NCBI GenBank assembly: GCA_963845065.1
Contig: CAWJQQ010000001.1
Span: 1,184,001-1,248,000, forward strand
Length of the DNA: 64,000 bases
Reading direction: 5' to 3'
Source of the DNA: Nitrospirota bacterium
Lineage (GTDB): Bacteria; Nitrospirota; UBA9217
Shown: in pieces, positions 20,421-28,866 of the stretch
Position numbering within the stretch: the first letter of the stretch is position 1
How the letters are laid out: every line of letters starts with the position of its first letter
Program-made: the position numbers and the translations under genes
The notes under the pieces: model-generated
Databases searched by the model: none
Told to the model about the DNA's origin: nothing
The model's input: the letters and a program-made list of their open reading frames with translations, nothing else

Positions 20421-21043
20421 GATGGTTTCCTCTTCAAAACGTAAGCATCACGGGCAAAAACTAATACTGGCTCAACCTGACTGATCTTTACAATTCCTCT
20501 TGTGAATGTGTGGGTAGTCTGGTCGTAATGGGAATCCTTATCCACCAATACAACGATGTATTTTGCCTGATCACGCTTTCTGTGGGGAAGGAGGAAGTAT
20601 TCCATCCGAAGCGAGAGATAATTGTCGGAGGAGTAGAGCACGTAGTCATCATCTATGACTTTTCTGGCGGCCAGGGTGAAATCGTAAAGACCACCTTCCA
20701 TCCGTGACAGTTTTTCATCTGTCCCCAGACCTGCAAAAGCTCGACTGTCATTTATGAGCCATGCACTCCAGCCAATATCTGCATGAATGGCATATACGAT
20801 ACCGACCGAAAAAAAAGTTATTATGACACCCTTTTTAAAGGCGGAAAGAAAGACGTTTTTTTTCAGGGAAATGACGACGCTGCAAAGGAGAATTATTGCC
20901 ATCAATATGTATAAGAGGCTTACAAAGGACGATGATAACGGTACATCATTGATAGTAATTCCGTTAATAGATGATGTTGAAAGCAGATTTTGCAAATTAA
21001 ATTCCATAATTAAATTTAGGAACGTTCCTGGAAGGTTTTGCAA
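20417..21043 (-). CDS. Hypothetical membrane protein, translationally coupled to the GT-C gene
   Basis: 208-aa ORF with two TM segments and a 4-nt overlap with the downstream gene; start may be ATG 21007. Confidence 0.6.
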   Translation of the reverse strand: MQNLPGTFLNLIMEFNLQNLLSTSSINGITINDVPLSSSFVSLLYILMAIILLCSVVISLKKNVFLSAFKKGVIITFFSVGIVYAIHADIGWSAWLINDSRAFAGLGTDEKLSRMEGGLYDFTLAARKVIDDDYVLYSSDNYLSLRMEYFLLPHRKRDQAKYIVVLVDKDSHYDQTTHTFTRGIVKISQVEPVLVFARDAYVLKRKPS

Positions 21044-21198
21044 CTCTTTGGGGGTAAAGGATAGATAAACTCCTACAGAGAAACAGTGTTAAAAGTTCGT
21101 GTACGTTATCATAAGTGTCGGTTAAATTCAACTAAAATATTGGGTCCGATGAACCTCGGATTTTAATGTGTAGCTTGTGCTGTAACTTGGCTAGGATA

Positions 21199-21227
21199 TT
21201 GACTGTTTGTAGAGTATAGATTATTAT
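21199..21227 (+). promoter_or_regulatory. Sigma70-type promoter for the forward glycosyltransferase operon
   Basis: TTGACT (21199-21204), 17 nt, TATTAT (21222-21227); AAAGGAG RBS before TTG 21269. Confidence 0.55.
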
Positions 21228-21268
21228 AATCAACATTTACGAATAGCGTTCAGTAAAGGAGTTTTTAT

Positions 21269-22297
21269 TTGGCACTCCCGATCGTTTCCGTGGTTATCGT
21301 CAACTGGGATGGGAAACACCTTTTGGGCGAATGCTTGGATTCGCTGATTGGCCAGCAGGATGTCAAGGATGTTGAAATTATCGTTGTAGACAATGGCTCG
21401 AGGGACGGATCAAAGGAGTTTGTGCGAGATATATACAGAAATGTGAGGGTAGTCAGCCTGCCGGCAAATATTGGTTTTGCGGGAGGCAATAACGCAGGCA
21501 TAAGGATCGCGAGAGGCAAGTACGTTGCTCTTTTGAATAATGACACGAAGGCTGATCCTTTATGGTTAGCGAACTTTCTAACAGCCGCAGAGGCAAGCCC
21601 GCATTCAGTAGGGATGTGGGCGGGGAAAATACTTTCCTACAACGCCCCTAGTATCATTGACAATGTTGGGCTTCTCCTGTACCCAGATGGACTGGGACGA
21701 GGAAAGGGGCGGTTGGAAAGGGATGAGGGACAGTATGATCGTCCAGGCGAAGCGCTGTTTCCGAGCGGATGCGCTGGACTCTACCGTAAAGAGATGCTGG
21801 ACGAGATCGGCTTGTTTGACGAAGGGTTTTTTGCTTATGCCGATGATGTCGACATAGGACTCAGGGCCAGGCTTGCAGGGTGGGGCTGTGCGTATGTTCC
21901 GTCTGCAATAATATTTCACAAATATTCAGCATCATCTTCCGCCTATTCTCCTTTCAAGGCATTTTTAGTAGAACGTAACAGGATTTGGGTATTGCTCAAA
22001 TATTTCCCCTTGGAACTGATAGCCGTAAGCCCCTGTTTTACGGTCCTGCGACTTCTGGGCCATTTGTACGGAGCGATCACGGGAAAGGGTGCGAGCGGCA
22101 GATTTTCAGAACAGAATTCCGTGATGCAAGCATTTGCCATTTTGTTGAAAGCATGGGGAGCGGCGCTCATGGAGCTTCCCTCCATCGTGAAACAACGTCG
22201 GGCTGGCTCCCGGTTACGACGGTTAAGCCGGCCTGTTCTTTACCGGCTTCTATGTGAGTATCGCCTGTCAGCAAAAGAAATTTCTTTGAAAGATTAA
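21269..22297 (+). CDS. GT2 glycosyltransferase (WbbL/RfbN-like)
   Basis: VIVNWDG, VDNGSRDGS, NIGFAGGNN, LLNND, FFAYADDVD. Confidence 0.85.
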   Translation: MALPIVSVVIVNWDGKHLLGECLDSLIGQQDVKDVEIIVVDNGSRDGSKEFVRDIYRNVRVVSLPANIGFAGGNNAGIRIARGKYVALLNNDTKADPLWLANFLTAAEASPHSVGMWAGKILSYNAPSIIDNVGLLLYPDGLGRGKGRLERDEGQYDRPGEALFPSGCAGLYRKEMLDEIGLFDEGFFAYADDVDIGLRARLAGWGCAYVPSAIIFHKYSASSSAYSPFKAFLVERNRIWVLLKYFPLELIAVSPCFTVLRLLGHLYGAITGKGASGRFSEQNSVMQAFAILLKAWGAALMELPSIVKQRRAGSRLRRLSRPVLYRLLCEYRLSAKEISLKD

Positions 22298-22301
22298 TTT
22301 T

Positions 22302-22997
22302 ATGAAAATATTGATCATCGTGCCAGCGTACAATGAAGAAGAGAGCTTGCCAGGAGTGATTGACGACCTGAGAAAGCACGTTCCATCGGCAGATGTGGTT
22401 GTAGTGAATGATGGTTCTCGGGATGAGACGACTCGGATCGCGAAAGATATGGGTGCGAAAACTTTGGACCTGCCGTTTAACCTCGGTATTGGCGGGGCAG
22501 TCCAAGCTGGATATGTCTATGCTGATCGTCAGGGATATGATGCCGCTGTGCAGTTTGACGGCGATGGCCAACACGTGGGATTGGAGATCAGCAAACTGTT
22601 GCGTCCACTGGAAGACGGGATTGCGGATATTGTTATCGGGTCCCGATTCTTGATCCCAGGGGCCTATAAAGCCCCACTGTTCAGATCTCTTGGCATCCGG
22701 ATTTTTTCCTTTACCCTCTCCCGAGTCCTCTCTATAGTGGTAACAGACAGTACTTCTGGATTTCGCGCTGCAAATAGGAGGGCAATAGAGTTTTTTGCCC
22801 GGATGTACCCTGATGATTACCCGGAGGTCGAATCGCTCGTCCTGGCACACAAGATAAATCTCAGGATGATCGAAGTTGCAGTCACTATGCGGGAGCGTAC
22901 CGGCGGAAAATCTTCTATAACTCCTTTGCGCTCAGTTTATTATATGACAAAAGTACTTATGGCCATTTTTATCGATTTATTAAAAAAAGTGAGGTGA
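22302..22997 (+). CDS. GT2 glycosyltransferase, polyprenol-phosphate sugar synthase-like
   Basis: PAYNEE, NDGSRD, NLGIGGAVQAG, QFDGDGQH, IGSRF, TDSTSGFRA, DYPEVE. Confidence 0.85.
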   Translation: MKILIIVPAYNEEESLPGVIDDLRKHVPSADVVVVNDGSRDETTRIAKDMGAKTLDLPFNLGIGGAVQAGYVYADRQGYDAAVQFDGDGQHVGLEISKLLRPLEDGIADIVIGSRFLIPGAYKAPLFRSLGIRIFSFTLSRVLSIVVTDSTSGFRAANRRAIEFFARMYPDDYPEVESLVLAHKINLRMIEVAVTMRERTGGKSSITPLRSVYYMTKVLMAIFIDLLKKVR

Positions 22998-23000
22998 CCT

Positions 23001-23357
23001 ATGGACCTGTTGAAAATTCTGGCTATTACGGGCAGCGGCGTTCTCCTTTTCGTAGTGATAGAGCTTATCAGGAGAGGCCGGCTTAAGGAACGTTATTCTC
23101 TCCTGTGGCTTCTCGCTGGGGTAGTCCTTCTTTTCTTGTCATCATCACGGAATGCATTGGAATTCATAGCACGACATGTCGGCATTTACTATCCGCCGTC
23201 CTTTCTTTTTCTGATTGCCTTTCTCTTTCTGTTGCTCATTACCCTGCATTTTTCCGTGGTAATTTCCGGCTTGAGCGAAAAAAGTAAAAAATTAGCGCAA
23301 GAGATCGCCCTTCTGCGCCAAGAACTGTACACCATAAGACGAGGAAGCCAGAATTAA
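23001..23357 (+). CDS. DUF2304-family small membrane protein
   Basis: IRRGRLKERYSLLW, GIYYPPS, KKLAQEIALL; typical partner of the upstream GT2. Confidence 0.8.
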   Translation: MDLLKILAITGSGVLLFVVIELIRRGRLKERYSLLWLLAGVVLLFLSSSRNALEFIARHVGIYYPPSFLFLIAFLFLLLITLHFSVVISGLSEKSKKLAQEIALLRQELYTIRRGSQN

Positions 23358-23443
23358 GGTAAAGGCGATTATGAATGATAAAATGCTCTTTACTTTGTCT
23401 GCTATCCGTGTTAAATTCCAAAGGTTAACATCAAGGAGGGATT

Positions 23444-24652
23444 TTGGCAGTTATGCAGACAATGCAGGAAAAAGTTAACAGATTATTTGCCAGCAAGTGG
23501 TTTAATCTATTCGCTTTTGCTATGATTACGGCGTTGATACTTATTGCTTATTTTAACACGTTTACCTCTGCATTTCACTTTGACGATACCCCTTCGATTG
23601 TGGAAAATGGCGGGATCAGACGACTTACATGGGACAGCTTTATAGGCCAGTTTTCCGGAACCAGGCCAATAGTAAATTTATCGCTTTTGTTCAATTACCA
23701 GCTGAGCGGCATGAATGTTGTCGGTTGGCATATATTCAACATCGGCTTTCATATTGCTAACAGTATATTCGTTTATCTCTTAATTCTTTGGACTCTGAAT
23801 CTTCCTTCTCTCTATGCACGATATGGCGGAGTACGGGCCAAGCGGATGGCGCTGTTCGGATCGTTGCTGTTTGCGTTACATCCGATCCAGACAGAATCCG
23901 TGACGTATATCATAAGCCGTACAGAACTGCTTGCAACTTTTTTTTACTTAGCGACGTTCCTATTCTTTATCAAGGGCGTTAAATCAAGGAAATTTAGCCA
24001 TTACATCGGTTGTTTCTTTATGTCATTGCTTGCGATGGGGTCTAAGGAGTGGGCAGTGACACTTCCCGCAATGCTCTTTCTCTACGATTTCCTGTTTATT
24101 GCTGAGGGGAAGATTCAGACAGTTTTAACGCGTTCAATGGTATATATCTTGGTGGCCTTGCCCTGGGCATACGTGGCGTATAATCTAACATCATCTAAGC
24201 TGTCCGGAGCAGGATTCGGCATCTCGGGACAGAATGGCATAACGCCGTGGACTTACTGGCTAACATCATTTAACGTCATGTGGACCTATATCCGACTCCT
24301 CATTCTGCCGATTAACCAGAACCTGGACTATTCTTATCATCATGCGATGACACTGTTCGAATTCCCGACGCTTCTCTCGTTTCTCGGCCATATATGCGTA
24401 GTAGTCGCCTCAATCTGGTTTTATGTCAAAAGGAAATGGACTTTGCTACCGTTCGGGGTGGCATGGTTCTATATCACCCTATCTCCGACCCAGAGCTTCG
24501 TGCCGATTTTAGATGTGATTTTTGAGCATAGACTATACTTACCATCAATTGGTTTTTTTATTTTTTTCATTGCGGCCTTTGAAGCTCTTTTCGACTGGAT
24601 GGAAAATAGAAAAGTCATGAAGGCCCAGAGTGCCCTAGCAAAAATATCGTGA
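23444..24652 (+). CDS. TMTC-like GT-C membrane glycosyltransferase lacking C-terminal TPRs
   Basis: FHFDD..IVEN, RP, GWH..N..FH..N, FALHPIQTESVTYIISRTELL, SKE, LLILPINQNLDY, EHRLYLPS; ends about 35 aa after the last motif. Confidence 0.75.
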   Translation: MAVMQTMQEKVNRLFASKWFNLFAFAMITALILIAYFNTFTSAFHFDDTPSIVENGGIRRLTWDSFIGQFSGTRPIVNLSLLFNYQLSGMNVVGWHIFNIGFHIANSIFVYLLILWTLNLPSLYARYGGVRAKRMALFGSLLFALHPIQTESVTYIISRTELLATFFYLATFLFFIKGVKSRKFSHYIGCFFMSLLAMGSKEWAVTLPAMLFLYDFLFIAEGKIQTVLTRSMVYILVALPWAYVAYNLTSSKLSGAGFGISGQNGITPWTYWLTSFNVMWTYIRLLILPINQNLDYSYHHAMTLFEFPTLLSFLGHICVVVASIWFYVKRKWTLLPFGVAWFYITLSPTQSFVPILDVIFEHRLYLPSIGFFIFFIAAFEALFDWMENRKVMKAQSALAKIS

Positions 24653-24664
24653 CTCTTCCCCAGG

Positions 24665-25816
24665 ATGCAAAAAATATTATTTGTTTGTAACGATTTCATT
24701 GGGAGTTCCATGGCTGGGCCGGGCATCCGATACTGGGAAATGGCCCGTGCCCTTGAACGGAAGGGGTATTCGGTCGCAATCCTTTCCCGGTACCTTGAAA
24801 AAGATTTTTTGGGCGACGCCGCAATATCTGTCGGATATGCATCTTTCTTTAATTTGATCCGGTGGACATGGCGTTCTGATTACGTTGTGCAAACCGGTCG
24901 CCCGCTTTCCATGCTCTTTTCTTCTCTCTTCCGCAAAAAGTCCATTTTTGATCAATACGATCCTGTTATTTTTGAATTCCTGGAACGGAAGCCCGTTGGA
25001 TTCTTCGACAGGCTGCTGCTACGGACTATGTTTTTTATGTGGAAAATCCGGCAGCGCCTGATCCTGAGATTCGGGGAAAGGTTCCTCGTCGCGAACGAAA
25101 AACAAAAGGATCTTCTGATCGGCCAAATGACGATACTCGGGTATCTGGATAAGCTTACTAAAGTCTCGATTCTTCCATTTGGTTTGTCAAAAGAAAAACC
25201 GTACAAAAAACATACCGTCATTCGCGGATTGAAAATCAAGGAAACAGATTTTCTCATGGTTTGGGGCGGCGGGGTCTGGGATTGGTTCGACCCCTTCACA
25301 CTTCTTGACGCATTGTCGAAGCTCACGGGCCAGCGTGACGACATTAAAGTCTATTTTCCGGGCATGAATCCACCGAATCCCGATTCCCAAAAGCTGGCTA
25401 TCACGGATGCCTTTATCAAAAAAGCCGGGGCACTCGGTCTGCTTGATACTGTGGTCTTTGTAAAATCGGGTTGGACCGCCTATGCGGAGCGGGCCGATTA
25501 TCTCCTGGAAGCCGACGCCGGGATCAGCCTTCACCGCGACAATTTGGAGACTAGGTTCGCATTCAGGACGAGGATGCTCGACTACCTGTGGGCGGGCCTG
25601 CCCATAATTGCATCAAAAGGGGACAACTGGGCCGATATAATTGAACAAAAAGGCCTTGGGATCACGGTTGATCCTGAAGATGCCGATGGAGTGGCGAATG
25701 CGATCGTTAAAATTGCTGGAGACCACCGGTTTAGAAATAGTTGCAAGGAACACATCCAAACACTCACCGCGGATTATGAATGGGATAAATTGGCTGAAAA
25801 CTTGATACTTGATTAA
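24665..25816 (+). CDS. GT4-like (GT-B) glycosyltransferase
   Basis: MAGPGIRYWE, WGGGVWDWFDP, ETRFAFRTRMLDYLWAGLP. Confidence 0.8.
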   Translation: MQKILFVCNDFIGSSMAGPGIRYWEMARALERKGYSVAILSRYLEKDFLGDAAISVGYASFFNLIRWTWRSDYVVQTGRPLSMLFSSLFRKKSIFDQYDPVIFEFLERKPVGFFDRLLLRTMFFMWKIRQRLILRFGERFLVANEKQKDLLIGQMTILGYLDKLTKVSILPFGLSKEKPYKKHTVIRGLKIKETDFLMVWGGGVWDWFDPFTLLDALSKLTGQRDDIKVYFPGMNPPNPDSQKLAITDAFIKKAGALGLLDTVVFVKSGWTAYAERADYLLEADAGISLHRDNLETRFAFRTRMLDYLWAGLPIIASKGDNWADIIEQKGLGITVDPEDADGVANAIVKIAGDHRFRNSCKEHIQTLTADYEWDKLAENLILD

Positions 25817-25845
25817 TCCAATGAAGTGATACATTGCAACCTAAT

Positions 25846-26802
25846 ATGAGCCATGATCCGACAATTGACATCCTTTTAGCCACCTATAACGGAGAGAGTT
25901 TTTTAAGCGAACAAATACAATCGCTCCTGAACCAGACCTACGCGCATTGGCGTCTCATTATTCGCGACGATGGTTCAACGGACGACACCCTGTCGATCAT
26001 TCATCGTTACCAACAGCAATATCCACAGAAAATTACCCTCATTAAGGATGGCCAGGTCAATCTAGGCGCATGCCGGAATTTCGCCAGACTTTTGGAACAT
26101 GCCAGCGCAGAGTATGTGATGTTCAGCGACCAGGACGATGTGTGGTTATCCACAAAGATAGCATTGACGTTGGAAAAGATGAAAGAGATGACCGAAATAT
26201 ACGGCAATGATGTACCGCTTCTCGTTTATACAGACATGAAAGTGGTCGATGATCGTTTATCGATCATATCGGAATCATTTTGGGAAAATCAGGCATTCAA
26301 TCCAGCCATAGGGCGGTCGTTAAGCCGTTTCATGGTCAGTAACGTGGCTACCGGTTGTACTGTAATGATCAATAAGAGGCTCCGTGATTTGTCTGTACCT
26401 ATGCCCCAAGATGCTCTAATGCATGATTGGTGGGCCGGACTAATAGCCGTGGCACTCGGGCGAACTGATTATGTTGACGAAGCCACTATGCTATACAGAC
26501 AACACCGCATGAATGTCGTCGGTGCAAAGTGGGACATCAGCATTAAAACTATTGTCAAAAAATTAATAGACTTTAAAAAACTTAAACAAATAAACAGGAC
26601 TCACTTATTAAAAACGCAGAAACAGGCCATGGCTTTGGGTTTACGATTTGAGGCGCTTTTGCAGAAGGGAAAGTATGAAAAGATTATGGTCTATGCAAAT
26701 CTTGATTCGCAAAGCTTTATTATGAAAAGAGCCAAAATCATACAGTATGGTTTTTGGTGGGCGGGCTTTACCAGAAGTTTTACGATGTTTGTAATCATAT
26801 AA
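25846..26802 (+). CDS. GT2 glycosyltransferase (rhamnosyltransferase-like)
   Basis: ILLATYNGE, RDDGSTD, FSDQDDVW, NVATGCT, MHDWW, LYRQH..NVVG. Confidence 0.85.
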   Translation: MSHDPTIDILLATYNGESFLSEQIQSLLNQTYAHWRLIIRDDGSTDDTLSIIHRYQQQYPQKITLIKDGQVNLGACRNFARLLEHASAEYVMFSDQDDVWLSTKIALTLEKMKEMTEIYGNDVPLLVYTDMKVVDDRLSIISESFWENQAFNPAIGRSLSRFMVSNVATGCTVMINKRLRDLSVPMPQDALMHDWWAGLIAVALGRTDYVDEATMLYRQHRMNVVGAKWDISIKTIVKKLIDFKKLKQINRTHLLKTQKQAMALGLRFEALLQKGKYEKIMVYANLDSQSFIMKRAKIIQYGFWWAGFTRSFTMFVII

Positions 26803-26860
26803 GAGAGTAAGAAGGAATTGAAAACTTGACGTTAAAAAAAATATTCATCATGCACTCGGA

Positions 26861-27928
26861 TCATCTGTTTTTTTGGGTTCCTGCTGGAGCAATCGCCTTC
26901 TTCAATGACTGAACTATCCTGAGTAAATACTTCCGATAGTAGAAACGGCTGGTTTTGAGATTGTCCCATAGGAAAACGTCTTGAGACCCGGTCAGTGTAT
27001 AGTAAGCGACAACGAATAAATTGACGATGACGCCGGGGATCAGTGCAACCGACTTGGCAATTAAGATTCTCCCGTGCGATTCAAGCCGTGCTTTTATATA
27101 GCTGTTATACTCGAGAAGGGAGTAGACGCCAAATGCGCGCTCCAAAAGCAGCGTCAGCGAGTCATCCCAGGGATTCCTGGGAGATATGCGCTCTTTCGCC
27201 TTATCACTGATGCCAGGAAAGGACCAGATTAGATCCGGCCACTTAATCATCCAGATCGAAAAATGCCGAGATGACCATTGAGCATTTCCCGACCGGATCA
27301 TAATGCAGGGTTCAGCCACGGCGAATGCGCCGTGAGGAAGATCCGCCTGAAAGATGACCCCGACGTGGATAAATTCAGTGCCGATATAGGGTTCCTTTAT
27401 TCGCTCGTTCCATAGGACGTGATCGATCACTACAGCACCGATAAAAGAAAGGTAAGATAAGGTCTCGATGAAAAGCAACTCCCGGGAGGAAGGTTGATAA
27501 AAAGTATCCTTTTCAAGGAGAAACTGCTTCCGTTTCAATTGTTTTGTCAGAGTTCGATTCCAGATTTCCGCGTTCAGGATGATGAGACTGTATCGTTGCG
27601 CAATGAGTTGCAGTACAGTGTTGATAGCTCCCTGCTTTAGCATATCATCATCAGTAAGAAGCCAGCAGTATTCACCTTTCGCAAACGATACGGCATGACA
27701 ATAATCTCGGTCAACACCACCCTTGATCGGCAGCCGATAATAGCGCAGCGAGGAGCATCGGTTCGCGTAGCGCTGCATAACGTCTGCGGTATTATCTGTT
27801 GATGCACCATCGACAACGATTATTTCGACCTCTTCCCTGAGTTGGGAGATGATGCTTTCCAGGGTTTGGCCTATCACGTCAGCTCGGTTATATGTCGCGA
27901 TGCAGATTGATAAGCGAGGAGCAATCAT
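26861..27928 (-). CDS. GT2 glycosyltransferase (RfbV/abequosyltransferase-like)
   Basis: LSICIATYNRA, VDGASTDNT, GGVDRD, CWLLTDDD, LSFIG. Confidence 0.8.
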   Translation of the reverse strand: MIAPRLSICIATYNRADVIGQTLESIISQLREEVEIIVVDGASTDNTADVMQRYANRCSSLRYYRLPIKGGVDRDYCHAVSFAKGEYCWLLTDDDMLKQGAINTVLQLIAQRYSLIILNAEIWNRTLTKQLKRKQFLLEKDTFYQPSSRELLFIETLSYLSFIGAVVIDHVLWNERIKEPYIGTEFIHVGVIFQADLPHGAFAVAEPCIMIRSGNAQWSSRHFSIWMIKWPDLIWSFPGISDKAKERISPRNPWDDSLTLLLERAFGVYSLLEYNSYIKARLESHGRILIAKSVALIPGVIVNLFVVAYYTLTGSQDVFLWDNLKTSRFYYRKYLLRIVQSLKKAIAPAGTQKNR

Positions 27929-27987
27929 AGTTATTCAGACTTTATGGTAGTTGCACCCTGTGGTTGATGGACAGGCGCATCACCCTT

Positions 27988-28866
27988 TCACGACATTGAT
28001 GCGGTTACCATCATTTCAGCAAGCTGGGGCAGCTTCACAACAGGAAACCATCCAAGCTTATTCATCGTACGGGGGTTTGAATACAATCGTTTGTACTCGG
28101 AAGTAAAACTTTCTTGCAGCCGGACATGCTTATGCCAATCCTTGCCGATAATGCTAAAACATTGCTCAAGCCAATTTTCAATGGAATGCATCTCACCTGA
28201 TCCTATTGCAGCTTCAAATACCGTGTTCTGCTCGACCAAGGTAAAAATTCCGATAGCAATGTCACCGGCAAAGGTCCATTCCTTTTCAACGGAAATATCG
28301 CCTAACTCAATGATCTCATTACTCCCTTTTGCAATTCGCTTCGCAGCAAGGGCGACAATCTGGCTTACATGGTTTGGTTTTCGGAGCGGACTCTCATGAT
28401 GAAATAAATAGCCGATGTAGACCTTGAGCCCGAGAGAACGGTAATACCGCGCCGCATAAACCGATTGAATGCGCGCAATGGAGTAGGGGCTGCTTGCTTC
28501 AAAGTCATCAGTTTCGGATATCGGCAGTCCCCTGTTTACGAATTGAACGCCGCTACCGGTTAAAAACACTTTTGATTCTGGATGATGTCTTTTAACCGCT
28601 TCAAGAATATTAAGGGCACCCGTGGATATGGTTTCATGGTTTTCAAAAAGGGCGCTGTGTCGAGTTGTGGAATTGGCCGCAACATGGAATATATAGGCAG
28701 GGAGATGGTGCTTGATCAGCTGCTCAACCTGTTTATAACTGGATACATCGCCTCGAACGTAGTTGCCCGATCGAGACACCCCCACAGGCTCCAAACCTTT
28801 ACGTTTGCAAAGTTCAAACAAATAGTGACCGTCCTGACCACTCGCGCCGAAAATGATGGCTTTCAT
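27988..28866 (-). CDS. GDP-mannose 4,6-dehydratase-like extended SDR with atypical active site
   Basis: GASGQDG..L, HESPLR, LGD..VEKEW..AGD are Gmd-like, but YxxxK is YSIAR. Confidence 0.72.
   Translation of the reverse strand: MKAIIFGASGQDGHYLFELCKRKGLEPVGVSRSGNYVRGDVSSYKQVEQLIKHHLPAYIFHVAANSTTRHSALFENHETISTGALNILEAVKRHHPESKVFLTGSGVQFVNRGLPISETDDFEASSPYSIARIQSVYAARYYRSLGLKVYIGYLFHHESPLRKPNHVSQIVALAAKRIAKGSNEIIELGDISVEKEWTFAGDIAIGIFTLVEQNTVFEAAIGSGEMHSIENWLEQCFSIIGKDWHKHVRLQESFTSEYKRLYSNPRTMNKLGWFPVVKLPQLAEMMVTASMS

Noticed and set aside
22167..22850. 227-aa minus-strand ORF
   Set aside because: Antisense to two GT2 genes; no coherent domain
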